DNA from: Octopus bimaculoides
Taxonomy: Eukaryota
Reading direction: 5' to 3'
Assembly (NCBI RefSeq): GCF_001194135.2
Contig: NC_068987.1
Coordinates: 2,520,337 to 2,584,336 of the forward strand
Length of the DNA: 64,000 nucleotides
The position numbers were made by a program, and so were the translations under genes. Below, piece after piece: positions 23,981-36,640 of this stretch. Every line of letters begins with the position of its first letter. Positions within the stretch are counted from its first letter, which is position 1. The notes under the pieces were generated by a model. The model was not told where the DNA came from and did not search any database. It saw only the letters and a program-made list of their open reading frames with translations.

Positions 23981-25102
23981 ACGCGCGTGTATATATATAT
24001 GCATACATACGTGTGCGTGTAGGTCTACATATATAAACGTAGTTATATATATAATATACATACACGCAAATGCATTTAAGTATATACGTGTTATGGTTAT
24101 GTGTGTACGTATGACCATGCACAGATGTGTGTGTGTGTAAGAGTGTGAGTTATAGGGTGTGTCTGTAACTGATATAAAATAATATTTTGTTTCCTTGCTA
24201 AGGATGGTAGCCTCAAACCAAAGCTCTATATTTCTAAGTGTAAACCTTATAGACAAACGTTTCACCAAGTCCTCTTTCTTACCAACCACCCACCTCACCC
24301 CAACCCTCAAATCCTCCTCAGAAGCTCCGAGGGCAACAGCTGTAACATCTTCACGGGTTTCTTACCATATAATTATACCCTACAAGGGACACCAGTTTAA
24401 CACAAGTCATTACTAGCCCCTTTTATACGTTTATCTTTAAACATCCCTTTATTTCTTTTTGTTTTCTAACTTTGGTTATGATAATAAGATCATAATAATA
24501 CTAATATTAGAATAATGATAATAAATTAATGATAAGAATAACATAATCATTTTTATTGGCACTTTCCAAGTCGTTACTTAGGATTCGCTCGTTTTTCCTT
24601 TTTTTTTTTTGTGTTCCCTGTTCGTTCGTTTGCTTGGACTGTTTTTCTCGAAGATTTTTAAAATGACCTCGATTCAACAACAGATAGTAATAATGTAAAA
24701 TTCCTGCGGGTACACACACACATATGTATGTATATATATATATATATNNNNNNNNNNNNNNNNNNNNNNNNNNNNNNNNNNNNNNNNNNNNNNNNNNNNN
24801 NNNNNNNNNNNNNNNNNNNNNNNNNNNNNNNNNNNNNNNNNNNNNNNNNNNNNNNNNNNNNNNNNNNNNNNNNNNNNNNNNNNNNNNNNNNNNNNNNNNN
24901 NNNNNNNNNNNNNNNNNNNNNNNNNNNNNNNNNNNNNNNNNNNNNNNNNNNNNNNNNNNNNNNNNNNNNNNNNNNNNNNNNNNNNNNNNNNNNNNNNNNN
25001 NNNNNNNNNNNNNNNATATATATATATATATATACTTATATACATACGTATATATATACTTATATACATATGTATATACTTATAATATACATACGTATAT
25101 AT

Positions 25103-25143
<41 letters not shown>

Positions 25144-25164
25144 TGTACACACACACACACACAT

Positions 25165-25305
25165 AAGCGCAGGTGTGGCTGTGTGGTAAGAAGCTTGCTT
25201 CCCAACCATATGGCCTCGAGTTCAGTCCCACTGCATGGCACCTTGAGCCGACCAAAGCCTTGTGAGTGGATTTGGTAGACGGAAACTGAAAGAAGCCCGT
25301 CGTGT
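25165..25305 (+). mobile_element. SINE family B head
   Basis: GCGCAGGTGTGGCTGTGTGGTAAGAAGCTTGCTTCCCAACC (A box), GAGTTCAGTCCC (B box), GGATTTGGTAGACGGAAACTGAAAGAAGCCCGTCG. Confidence 0.9.
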
Positions 25306-25630
25306 ATATATTGCCTTGGCCTTGATATCTTATTTTATTTAACATATATACGCTCACACACGACCCACGTTAATATAAATATCAGCCAACGTTTCGTGAA
25401 AACTAGACAACTCGAGTTGAAAGAGAGAAAGGATCATCTTACAGAACTCAAAGAAAAGAGTCTCGAACTAATATGGCAGCCGCTTTGTGTATCAATCCTT
25501 GTGTCTAGGTTTGTAGATTTGTCTGTAAATCGTTGACTAGATTTATAGTCTCGTAAGTAACTTACACATCAGGAATAAGACCCAAAATTAATGCTGTTCG
25601 ATCCTCACACGTCAAAAACGATGAGAGAAT

Positions 25631-25857
25631 AGGGCAGCGAGCTGGTAGAATCGTTAGCACTCTGGACGAAATACTTAGCGGCATTTTTCCCGTCGCAACG
25701 TTCTGAGTTCAAATTCCGCCGGGGTCGACTTTGCCGTTCATCCTCAGAGGTCGATAAGATATGAACCAGTGAAGTACTCAGGTCGATGTAATCGACTTGC
25801 TCCCACCACTCCTGATATTGCTGGCCTTGTGCCTATAGTAGAAAGTATTATTATTAC
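25631..25857 (+). mobile_element. SINE family A, full length with (ATT)n tail
   Basis: GGCAGCGAGCTGGTAGAATCGTTAGC...GAGTTCAAATTCCGCCGGGGTCGAC...GGCCTTGTGCCTATAGTAGAAAGTATTATTATT. Confidence 0.9.
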
Positions 25858-26197
25858 GGCGATGGCCGGGGCATCATCAGCGACGAGGATGACGGAAAGT
25901 CTTTTTATTAAGGCACCTCATTCATTACTGCTTCCATAGTTTGCCTTTCCGCAAAATACATTGAGAGCTCTCTCTCCTCCTCTTCCTCCTCCTCTCCCAC
26001 CCAACATGGCGTGTGTCGGTGGAAAACTAAGTCTTTCTGGAAATCTAAATAAATAAATAGAAGAGAAACACTTTAATTGTTTTGTCTTTCTTATCTCCGT
26101 AAGTCAATTACAACAAGAATAACGGCGGCCCGGTTGTAAGATATGGAGGAACGAGATAACAAATGGTTGTAAAGAACGTAACAAGGCTCGTACATCC

Positions 26198-26234
<37 letters not shown>

Positions 26235-26929
26235 GAGCGTGTGTATGATGGATGGATGGATGGATGTGTGGGTGGATGTATAGGTGTGTAGTTACGTAGT
26301 TTAGCTGTCACTCAGACGAATTACCGCCCAAATTCGCGGATTAAAAATAATTTACTACAAGCTTGAAAAAAATACATCAAAGTGTAAATTGTTTAGGAAT
26401 GAGTATTGTTGATGTTGCTGCTATTGTTGTAGTCGTGAGTGGTGGTGGTGGTGGTAGTGGTGTCTGTGTTAGATAAGACATTACGTATGTGTTTACATGT
26501 GAAATAGCGGTTTGGTTTAGGATTCTATTTCCTACATATAACCATCCGCAATAGAAGACAATATGACGTAATAGAGACAAAAGGTCTTGATAGGCTGATA
26601 ATTGTACCTTTTATATTAATTGACAAGGCATGAACTTCTCAACATCTCGTTTCTGAAATATTCATTAATTCTACATTGAAAAGAAATATTTTCATTCACA
26701 CAGCAGTATACACGTCTGCATATGCATGCATTACATATACCGGCTGAATGCAAAATAATGCACGTGGACGCAGTGAATGCAATGAATATTTAAATTTATG
26801 AGAAATTGGAGTTTAAAAATTTAATAAACTTGAGAAATCGAAATTTGGAAATTTCTTAGAACAAGAATTTATAAAAATATTTCCAGACGGTCAACCGTTT
26901 AATAATTGCTTTCTTTTAGTATTTTTAAT

Positions 26930-27215
26930 AATCGCTACATACCATCTTCTGCATCTCCTTTCATTCACCACATCATTTCCATAAGTGTCTTTGTGTGGTC
27001 TTGCTGCCGAACTTGCTGTATTGCCCGTCTGGAGTTCAAACAGTAAAACATGTCGTATGTGCTCTTTGCTTGGAGTGTACATTTGGGTCATCTGAAAGAA
27101 GAAATAATATTCTAGGGATTTAGATAGCTACTAATGTCATTTAGAAGCTAGACTGGTGTAATCATGTCTTATAATTAGCCGTCGAAAAAAAAACGACAGA
27201 ACTTTCGTTACAACC

Positions 27216-27217
<2 letters not shown>
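26930..27217 (-). mobile_element. Mariner 5' end: TIR plus transposase N-terminus
   Basis: ORF 26891-27091 MYTPSKEHIRHVLLFELQTGNTASSAARPHKDTYGNDVVNERRCRRWY matches the Mos1-type N-terminal HTH; TIR-like AGGTTGTAACGAAAGTTCTGTCG at 27194-27216. Confidence 0.85.
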
Positions 27218-27261
<44 letters not shown>

Positions 27262-28020
27262 CTTATATTCAGTTATAATAATAACAGTTTTAGATTAATT
27301 TGATGGGTTAATCTATAGTTCTGTAGAATGCAAGATGGTTATTCTTAAAGAAGAATATTACTGATAGTGACTTCGAAGCTTCGCTCAGTTTCCTATCTAC
27401 ACATACATACGTACGTACGCACATACATACATACATACATACATACATACGTACATTCATACATATATACATACATATATATTTGTATGGATGGATAGGT
27501 AGGTAGGTATGTGTGTAAAATGATAGTGTATGAATATATTAATATGTATGAAAGAGAAATATATCACAATGCATAATTTTTTTTCTTATAAAACTTTAAC
27601 TAAAGACCTTCTTGGTAACGCTTCTATTATTATTTTTATTATCCGAACTATTAATATTTTATAATCGTTCAGTTTTTTTTTTTGTTTTTTTTTTCACCAT
27701 TGAATAGTTTTCTTAAGCATTTCTACACCCACGTTCATATACATCAACATAATGACAACACTTTCAAAAGCTAAGGAACTAGACAGCGTTAAGTTAAATT
27801 TGCTGTGTCACAAAGCTCTTTCCAGCAGATTGGCCGCGAAAAAAAATGTACTCTCCAACACCAGCCACAGACCAACTCACTAATATAAACACATTTTAAT
27901 GACATACAAGAAATGCTCCACCCCTTATTTCGCTTTATCACATTTTATGAGATAATCGTATCTCACACAACAGATATATACACTGTCGGTTTAAATACAT
28001 TTAACACTATGCATATCCTA

Positions 28021-28185
28021 CAGGCGCAAACGTGGCTGTGTGGTAAGAAGCTTGCTTTTCAATTATATGGTCATGGGTTCAGTTCCACTGTACTGCACCT
28101 TCCGCAAGTGTTTTCTACTATTGCCCCGAGACAAGCCTTGTGGGTGGATTTGGTCGGCTGAAACTGAAAAAGGTCTTTCGTGTGT
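28021..28185 (+). mobile_element. SINE family B head
   Basis: CAGGCGCAAACGTGGCTGTGTGGTAAGAAGCTTGC...GGGTTCAGTTCCACTG...GGATTTGGTCGGCTGAAACTGAAA. Confidence 0.85.
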
Positions 28186-29070
28186 GTGTTTGTGTGTGTG
28201 TGTAACAATAATATAAAGCGAGTATGTTATATTATTATAATATTAATCCTACACAGAAAGGAGTTTTGCATTTATACCCATGCCTGGAAATATCCTGGAG
28301 TATAACATGTGACAACACAGGAGCTCTTACACGCACCTTATGGGTTTTTTGCCCAAAACACACACACACACTCGNNNNNNNNNNTGTTCTGACTGAGATA
28401 GATAGATAGATAGATAGACAGATAGACAGATAGATAGATAGATAGACTCGCTTACTATAACGGTCTGTTTCGCCAACAACTTAACACAATATACCTACTC
28501 TTTTTGATGGGATATTTGCTGCCAACTGGGGCATGAATTGATTTGGTTACGCGACGAAGGCTTGTGACTCAACTTTTTTTCCGTAGATACAAGAAAATAA
28601 AATCTTATTAGTGCTAAGACAGCTGTGGTTAAATTTAAGGGAGTTTTGCTTAAATGTTGTACTCCTTCACTGGATTTTAAAAATGCTTCCGGTTTTCAGA
28701 GGTCACATTCGGGATGCAGAAAGAATTCGATTTTAGTGATATTACACAAACGCAGTTTTTTTTTTTTTTTTTTTTTTTCATGCTTTACGAAATGTTACGA
28801 TGTGGTAGAAATAGAATTTCCATGTGGAATCCATTCTCTTTCAATGCTACAAGAGGAATACATGGCTAAACATGTCTTCGTCAGATGAAAAAGTACAAAT
28901 ATAACGACAAATGTTTTTGACTAAATTATTCGCGATGACAGATTATAGAACTTAGTGTATACAAATTTTCATTTAGATTTTACAGGGGCCATGTTTATAT
29001 TTAAGTCTAACGTAATATGTAAACCAACTCTGTTGATCATAATTGTCATTCTAATCTAAACACTTTAGAT

Positions 29071-30860
29071 CAGTGATACTCAACCACTTTTTTACCTGTG
29101 AACCCCTTGATCCTTATTTTACTTGGATGGGCCTTCATTGCCATTCGATGTTTAAAAAATCCCATTGTATTTTCATAATATTATTAGGAATTGTATAAAA
29201 ACTGTTAACCTTTTTGTGTGCTATGAACGCATAATCTATTCATTGTGCATAACCTTTAACTACCTAAAGACTACGGAAAAGAAAGTACAGCAGGAAAATG
29301 AGTCACAAATGCACAAGGACATATCTATTGAAAGAAGATTGTACCTGAGTGCAATTTTATCTAATGCAAACCTTGCGCTTGACGCAGCTCAGCTAGTTTT
29401 GCAAGATTCGGCTGCAGCGCAGTCAGCGACATTCAAAGGTCGCCTCTTTCTACAATATCAAAAGTCGATTACGAACTGACAGAAATGTTAGTGACATGGC
29501 TGAAACCAGATTCGACAAGATGAGATGAAGGAAAAGCAGTAACGTACAAGTGCGCTTTCCCCCCAGAGCAGTGGATACTTTGTAGCCATGTCATTACTTT
29601 TTCATACATTATGCTTGAAATCTTGCCTGAAATAGTTCATCACTCTGCAATTCAATGAGATCCTCCTGCAAACAGACATCAACATCAGCAACATTAACTT
29701 CGAACGGAAGTGTCTCCCAATGTGATATACTTAACTTTAGTAGGTCGTTAAACCAAGCTTGCATGTCATCATGCAAGTTTTTCAAATGTTCGGCATACAA
29801 GGTCATCATTATACTGCTAACTGATTCCAAACTAGGAAATTATGGAGATTCACGACGTACAATATTCATTTTCTAGAGCTGTACTTTCCCTAGAAAAGCA
29901 GTGATAGCTCCTTTCGGAGATATAAGATCAGAGTTTTCGCCTTGAAGTTGTTTATTAAACAAATTAATTTTATCGGATAAATAAAATATATCACGTTTAA
30001 CTGAAAACATTTGTTGGCCGAGATTGTCGTTAGCCAGAAATGAGACTCTAGTGTCGCTAGCCAGAAATGAGACAATAGTGTCGTTAGCCAGAAATGAGAC
30101 AATAGTGTCGCTAGCCAGAAATGAGACAATGGTGTCGCTAGCCAGAAATGAGACAATGGTGTCGCTAGCCAGAAATGAGACAATGNNNNNNNNNNCTAGC
30201 CAGAAATGAGACAATGGTGTCGCTAGCCAGAAATGAGACAATGGTGTCGCTAGCCAGAAATGAGACAATGGTGTCGTTAGCCAGATTGTTGTTAGCCAGT
30301 AATGAGACAACAATAGTGTCCCAAAGTGCAACAAAACGACAAGGCATTCAAAGTTTTGTTCGTTTTGATTGCAGAATTTATGAACCGATGTGGTCTCGTA
30401 ACGAATTTTATTTTATATGATTCACAAACTTTATCGCAATATTAATGTTCTGTGACACCGACGAGTTACTTAAAAGAATCACGATAGTAATTTCATTTGT
30501 ATTTCGTTTCATCGTTGGTGAAATTACGACACATACCGCGGTCAAAATAAGTTTCACCAATGTTATGGCGTTTCTCAGCCTTTGCAATAATTCTGGAAAT
30601 TCCATAGGACGCCAGCAGACCATTATTATTTTTATGTATTTGATTACTAAATAAGTGTTTCACCATTTTTCTTGCCTGAAATTCATTGCGTAGTTTTCTA
30701 AAATATTCTTCTTGTCTTTATGCTTGGTCTCAAAATGAATTTTAATCTTAGCTGGTTTCATGCTATCATTTGACAGTCCGTCCACACATATGAGACACTG
30801 GTTTCGTTTCGTTCTGTGGTGATGGAATAAAGCCATAAGACAGATATTCAACGGAATTCT
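29071..30860 (-). mobile_element. Decayed hAT (Buster/ZBED5-like) transposon
   Basis: Minus-strand pieces in order: QCLICVDGLSNDSMKPAKIKIHFETKH, KFCNQNEQNFECL, DIFYLSDKINLFNKQLQGEN, HLKNLHDDMQAWFNDLL...EDLIELQSDE, and frameshifted YPLLW...AFPSSHLVESGFS...RGDL. Terminus CAGTGATACTCAACC is preceded by CTTTAGAT (NNNTANNN). Confidence 0.9.
30025..30320. repeat. 27-bp minisatellite TGTCGCTAGCCAGAAATGAGACAATGG, at least 9 copies, with a 10-N gap inside
   Basis: Directly visible; the minus strand encodes DTIVSFLAS in frame with the hAT transposase. Confidence 0.95.
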
Positions 30861-30902
30861 GTCATTTTAATAAACGTTCTTAATACTTATAGTAAATGAT
30901 TA

Positions 30903-31443
30903 TTGATAATTTTAAAACGAAAAATAAATAAATACTGTGAAGAGAAGAGGATTCCTTTTAAGGCTTTGCTTATCTTAGATAATGCTCCTGGTCACCCACA
31001 AAACATCGTAGATTTTGACTCCAATGTTACCCTCGTGTACCTCTCTCCAAACACCACGTGTCTTCTGCAGACAATGGATCAGGGAATAATTGCTACCTTC
31101 AAGCGTTACGATATGGAGCGTACGCTGCGGCAAGCAATAACTGCAACTGATCTTGATGAGCCCATCACACTTCGGTGATTTTTGGAAGAGATACGATATC
31201 TACAAGGCTACGGCTATGAATGGTGTGTGGAAGAAGCTATGCCCGCAATTCGTGAATGATTTTAAGGGGTTTGATAACGTTGCCATCAACAAAACGTTGG
31301 TAATTACAAGCAAAGAACTGGACATGGATTTGGAGGACGCGGAGGAATTCTCAGCTGTTGATGCTGATGATCCACAGCCATCTACATCCACGATGCAAAC
31401 CACCAAATTGTATGAACGTCTTGGTAAACTTAAAATAATTTAG
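30903..31443 (+). mobile_element. Tigger/pogo transposase remnant (DDE_1 C-terminal half)
   Basis: KALLILDNAPGHP...LSPNTTCLLQTMDQGIIATFKRY, then FWKRYDI...NGVWKKLCPQFVNDFKGF. Confidence 0.9.
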
Positions 31444-32482
31444 GTTTTTTTTTTTTTTACTATTGCAAAATAATAATAATTACTGAATTTGCATTTTAAG
31501 CTTTAAAAAGGCTTTTATTTTACTATGCTTTATTGCAAACGGCATTCATAAATAAAGCGTCCGCGATGTACAGTAAACACCGCCAAATTGTATTCGTAAA
31601 TTTAGCTTACTTTTCTTTTTACTCCACTGTATTAAGAAATAAACATTATTTGTTTATAAGCTTAGAATAGGTTTTTATCAACCATGTATTATTGAAAATG
31701 CATTCATAAATAAAGTACAGCACTGGGAATGGCTATTTTCGGTTTACCCTAGAGACAAGTAAATTGGCTGAGCCCAACCTAAAGACAAATTAATTCGACT
31801 TAAGTCGTGTCTCCTGGAACCAATTAACGACGTAGGGTGAGGTATGCTTGTACATGAAAAGCGGGGGACTTCCAGAGGATTGGCATTCTGTGAAAAGGGG
31901 CCTTAGGGTGGATAAACTAACACCGGAGACGGAGGACAAATGAATGAAGGTAACAAGTGACTAACCAAGTCGAACAAGAAAAAAGGCCGCCGTAGTAGTA
32001 GTAGTAGTGAAAAGGGTAGAAAGTGACGACGTTAGAGGGTGCTGATGAATGACTTCATGTCAATGAGCCGAAGCAAGTAGATAAAAATGTAGGTAGATAG
32101 GTAGGTAGGTAGGTAGGTAGAAAAAGAATAGAAGACATTTCAAAAAACCTATACGTATGACTGAATTAATGACAATATAATGAAAGTCCTGGGGGTGTAG
32201 TGGCGGGAAGTCTTTAATAAGTCTTCTGGCAACCATAAGATATGGGTTGGTCCCTCACTGTCTACTAATGTCGGTAATGAACCATGAGGAAACTTTGTAC
32301 TATATTATAATTCATCGAGATAATACAGAGCCCAACACACACACACACACACAGACGGGTACTGAACCGTGCCTGTGCGCTGCTAAATAGGGCACTCAAC
32401 TGTGCAACCACCTGTGACTGTAATTATGTACAACGTTCTGAGCTCAAATGCGTGTGTATTGTTTGCTTATGTATTTAAATGA

Positions 32483-32745
32483 CAGGCATGGCTGAGTGGG
32501 TAAGAAGTACACTTCCCGGTCCTGAGGTCACAGGGTCGATCCCACTCCATGATTTCTTTTATCGTTTACTTGTCTCAGTCATTAGACTATGGCCAACCTT
32601 CGGCAATACCTTGAAAACTTATTAATTGAATGATGGACTCGAGAACTTACGGTTTTGAAGACCGGAAATGATTTTCTTGTTCTCTCTTTGCCGAACTGCT
32701 GGGTAACGGGGTGTAAACATACCAACACAGGATGTCACGCAGTGG
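32483..32745. mobile_element. SINE family B chimera: + head fused to - tail
   Basis: CAGGCATGGCTGAGTGGGTAAGAAG...GGGTCGATCCCACTCC followed directly by TTACTTGTCTCAGTCATTAGACTATGGCC. Confidence 0.7.
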
Positions 32746-33334
32746 TGGGTTACATATAATATATATATGTGTATGTACATATATAGATGTATATACATAT
32801 ATACATGTATATACATATATACATGTATATACATGTGTAGATGTATGTATATATATATGTATATATATGTATGTATACTATTGGTGTCAAGAATTTTAAC
32901 TAGCTCTTATGCCAAACTTTGTGACTTTTGTGCCAGATTTAGAAACGTATATCTCTTAACTGAAATTCAAATTACATATGAGATACTTATTCTCGCACAT
33001 ATAGACTGTATAATATTTATATCTCCTATGTTTCCTGTTCCCGAAGGAGAGCTTTGCGCAAAACGTAAAACACCCACTCTTTTCTTTCTCTGAGCATCTT
33101 ATTAATACTTTGCATGTGCTAAGTACTCGCGTTGTTGTTTTATTCTTATCTTTTTTCTTCGTTTTTTTAATCAACTAGATAGATAGACAGACAGACACAT
33201 GCATACATACCCATTCATTTTTACGTATATGTATCTACCTACGACCGCATAGCTCTGCAGTAGGTGGTATATGAATGAAAAGCGGTCACGGCAATTATTG
33301 CTGCACGACAAGATAGATCGACAAAGATACACAC

Positions 33335-33393
<59 letters not shown>

Positions 33394-33536
33394 NNNNNNN
33401 NNNNNNNNNNNNNNNNNNNNNNNNNNNNNNNNNNNNNNNNNNNNNNNNNNNNNNNNNNNNNNNNNNNNNNNNNNNNNNNNNNNNNNNNNNNNNNNNNNNN
33501 NNNNNNNNNNNNNNNNNNNNNNNNNNNNNNNNNNNN

Positions 33537-33588
<52 letters not shown>

Positions 33589-34255
33589 ATGTAGAGCTAA
33601 GAGTAATTAGGGTGTGGACTTCATACTGCTCAGTCTATGAAGGAGGGACTTCGAAGGTTCCGAGATTAAATATTTCTAAGGTAAACTGAAAGTTTCAATT
33701 CTTTATAGCGACCAGCAGTTTTATCCTGGGCCGGAAATCTTTAGACTATTCATGTATTGATGCTTAAGATAGTAGGATATCAAGTGTATGTATGTGTGTA
33801 CAGAGAGAGGAGGGGTTTGAGGAGGAAGGAATGAGACCTCATATATTGATTTCATTACCCATTTTAACGCAGCGCAGAAACAGTCACGAAAATTAATCTT
33901 ATACGTGATCGTCTCTCATTTTGGACAACACAAAGCTCTCGATGCCACTCCGTGTGCCTTTGCACTCAATACTGATCTCATCTCTCGATCTTATCATAAT
34001 ATCATTGTTTAAAAAAAGAAGCACTACGCATCACGGGTCACATATTAGATCTCTTCAGATACTAGACTCACTACACAAACCAGCTGCCAGACCGCTTCGA
34101 AATCTAGAGCAGATACATGTCCCAGAACCGGGAAATATTTCAACTCTGTTTACCTGCTGACTGTTTAAACTTACACCGATTCCTCTGTGGTGTTTTGCAT
34201 TTATAATAAAATAAATATATACAAATTATAAAAATAATTTTAAAAAATATATATA

Positions 34256-34338
34256 CAGTACTGTTTCTACTTCGCGGATTTTTAACCTATCGCGGGGGGT
34301 TCCGGAACGTAAAACCCGCGATATTCGAGGTATTACTG
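34256..34338. mobile_element. Tigger-like terminal fragment or mini element
   Basis: TA-CAGTA...TACTG-TA ends; the reverse complement CAGTAATACCTCGAATATCGCGGG resembles Tigger TIRs and the MITE at 1728. Confidence 0.55.
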
Positions 34339-35429
34339 TAAATCATAAACAGTCACGTATACCAACACACACACACACACACACATGCACAGAAATAGAT
34401 TTATGTGTAGGTGATGTGACTGTGTGTGTATAAACATATGCGTATGTTTATACATTTAGATTGTGTATATACACGCGTAAATATGCATACATACACACAC
34501 GCTCGTTTTGAATGAGCATAGGCGTATGTATAGCCTTGTGTGTAAACAGCTGTATATATGCATGTATATGCGTGCATTTCTGTATGCGTATATATATATG
34601 AATTATTGTGACTGACTTACGCATGTCTGCCCAGCGGAGGAGGGAGCCACTCCCGAAGATAATTTACAGGACAGTAATTAATCGTTGTGTCAACTATGAA
34701 TGAGATTATTGGTTGCGTTGTGTTGTACAGTAAGAAGTGGAAGGAGAGAGGGACGACGTAAGAAGGAAGAGCGTGGGTGATGACAGCGATTAGAACAGCA
34801 GCCCACGGCCGAGCCTCTCTACCTCATTGCTTTACCTACCAGAAATAGCAGTCAAAGCTCCATCAAACAAAACTTCTGGTTTAAGAAAATGACGTATAGA
34901 ATAATGTTGTTAGTAGTACACAGACAAGAATTAGAAAACAGGATTGTCACGCTTGGACTGCTCATGACCATAGACTCGTTCAGACTTGAGGCTAAACAAT
35001 AAGAGATAATATTATTATAGTAAATACTAATGAACATAATACAATTAACAAACTCCCAGTTTGGGTGTCACAGCCTTACAATTCTAAGAATCCAGAAGCA
35101 AGGTTGATAATAAAGGATTCCGTCCCAAATGTTGTTCGGATTCTCTTTCAATTTGTCTTCAGAGGCTGCGGAAGGTTCAGCCCTTTGCAAAGCTGAGAAC
35201 GTCAAATTTGGATAAATTCCTCGAGCAACGAAACAGTTCTTCATGACCCACCCCTACCACACATCTTTCTGATTGAACTTTGTCCCGGATTTAACTTTAT
35301 TCACGCAACATTTTCAAAATATTGTGTATTAAGTTTTGCTGTTGCCCAGCAAGTTATCAAATTTGCTCTCTTATATTAAAAACTATAGAAACATAATTTT
35401 CTTTCGAAACATGTTTGCCCCCCCCCTAG

Positions 35430-35638
35430 CCTCACCAAAACGCTGCATTGACTGTGTGATTGTTTCCAAGCATTTCGTAGTAGCCCTTCCCAGTCCCACC
35501 AAATGCAGATCATTGTCTTGTGTGGCTGCAGCTCTGGCTTGGTTCGAGGAGTGACTTGCTTGTCGGGATTCAGCCATTCATTTTCTCTGCTTCAAATAGA
35601 TGTAAAGACACCATTTTTCATCGCAGGTGTCGATGCCC
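35430..35638 (-). mobile_element. Mariner catalytic-domain fragment running into a gap
   Basis: TCDEKWCLYIYLKQRK then, frameshifted, EWLNPDKQVTPRTKPELQPHKTMICIWWDWEG. Confidence 0.85.
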
Positions 35639-36355
35639 NNNNNNNNNNNNNNNNNNNNNNNNNNNNNNNNNNNNNNNNNNNNNNNNNNNNNNNNNNNNNN
35701 NNNNNNNNNNNNNNNNNNNNNNNNNNNNNNNNNNNNNNNNNNNNNNNNNNNNNNNNNNNNNNNNNNNNNNNNNNNNNNNNNNNNNNNNNNNNNNNNNNNN
35801 NNNNNNNNNNNNNNNNNNNNNNNNNNNNNNNNNNNNNNNNNNNNNNNNNNNNNNNNNNNNNNNNNNNNNNNNNNNNNNNNNNNNNNNNNNNNNNNNNNNN
35901 NNNNNNNNNNNNNNNNNNNNNNNNNNNNNNNNNNNNNNNNNNNNNNNNNNNNNNNNNNNNNNNNNNNNNNNNNNNNNNNNNNNNNNNNNNNNNNNNNNNN
36001 NNNNNNNNNNNNNNNNNNNNNNNNNNNNNNNNNNNNNNNNNNNNNNNNNNNNNNNNNNNNNNNNNNNNNNNNNNNNNNNNNNNNNNNNNNNNNNNNNNNN
36101 NNNNNNNNNNNNNNNNNNNNNNNTCTCTCTTTCTTTCTCTCTCTCTCTCTCTCACACACACCTAGCATGCCATCGTCTGAAAAGACCTGCGCCTATTTAA
36201 CAAGTTCTCATGCGAAGAATCGAACCTGGGCCACGTGGGTGAAAGCTAGAAATGCACTGACTGTTGGAGGGTAAGGACCTAAGATAATATATTTTCGAAC
36301 CCTCACAACAATTTGACATTCTACAAAGCTTTTCCAGTTAAGATATTGGCTGCAT

Positions 36356-36640
36356 TGATCAATGTTAGACAGGAGTAGCTAGTGTTTGGCAAGACTAAAG
36401 AATAATTGAATTAACTGTTCAATGTTAGATCGGATTGAGGAGCGATTGGCTGGATTAGTCAATGACTGGTTTGACTGATCAATGTTAGATTGGATTGATG
36501 AGTGATTGGCCGGAGTGATCAATGATCGTCTGGATCGATGAGTGGTTGGCTGAAGGTATCAATGATTGTCTGGATTGATGAGTGATTGGCTGGAGTATTG
36601 ATCTATGATTGACTAAAGTGATGAATGTATGTCTGGATTA
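36356..36640. repeat. Degenerate 20-bp/40-bp higher-order tandem repeat
   Basis: Alternating units such as AATGATTGTCTGGATTGATG / AGTGATTGGCTGGAGTGATC. Confidence 0.8.

Noticed and set aside
12090-30320. Shared AGCCAGAAA core between the 20-bp and 27-bp minisatellites, or reading either as a CRISPR array
   Set aside because: A 9-nt match is compatible with chance, and the 27-mer derives from hAT coding sequence. Neither array has unique spacers and no cas genes are present.
34850-35010. Minus-strand acceptor/donor pair
   Set aside because: Stops in all frames between the sites.
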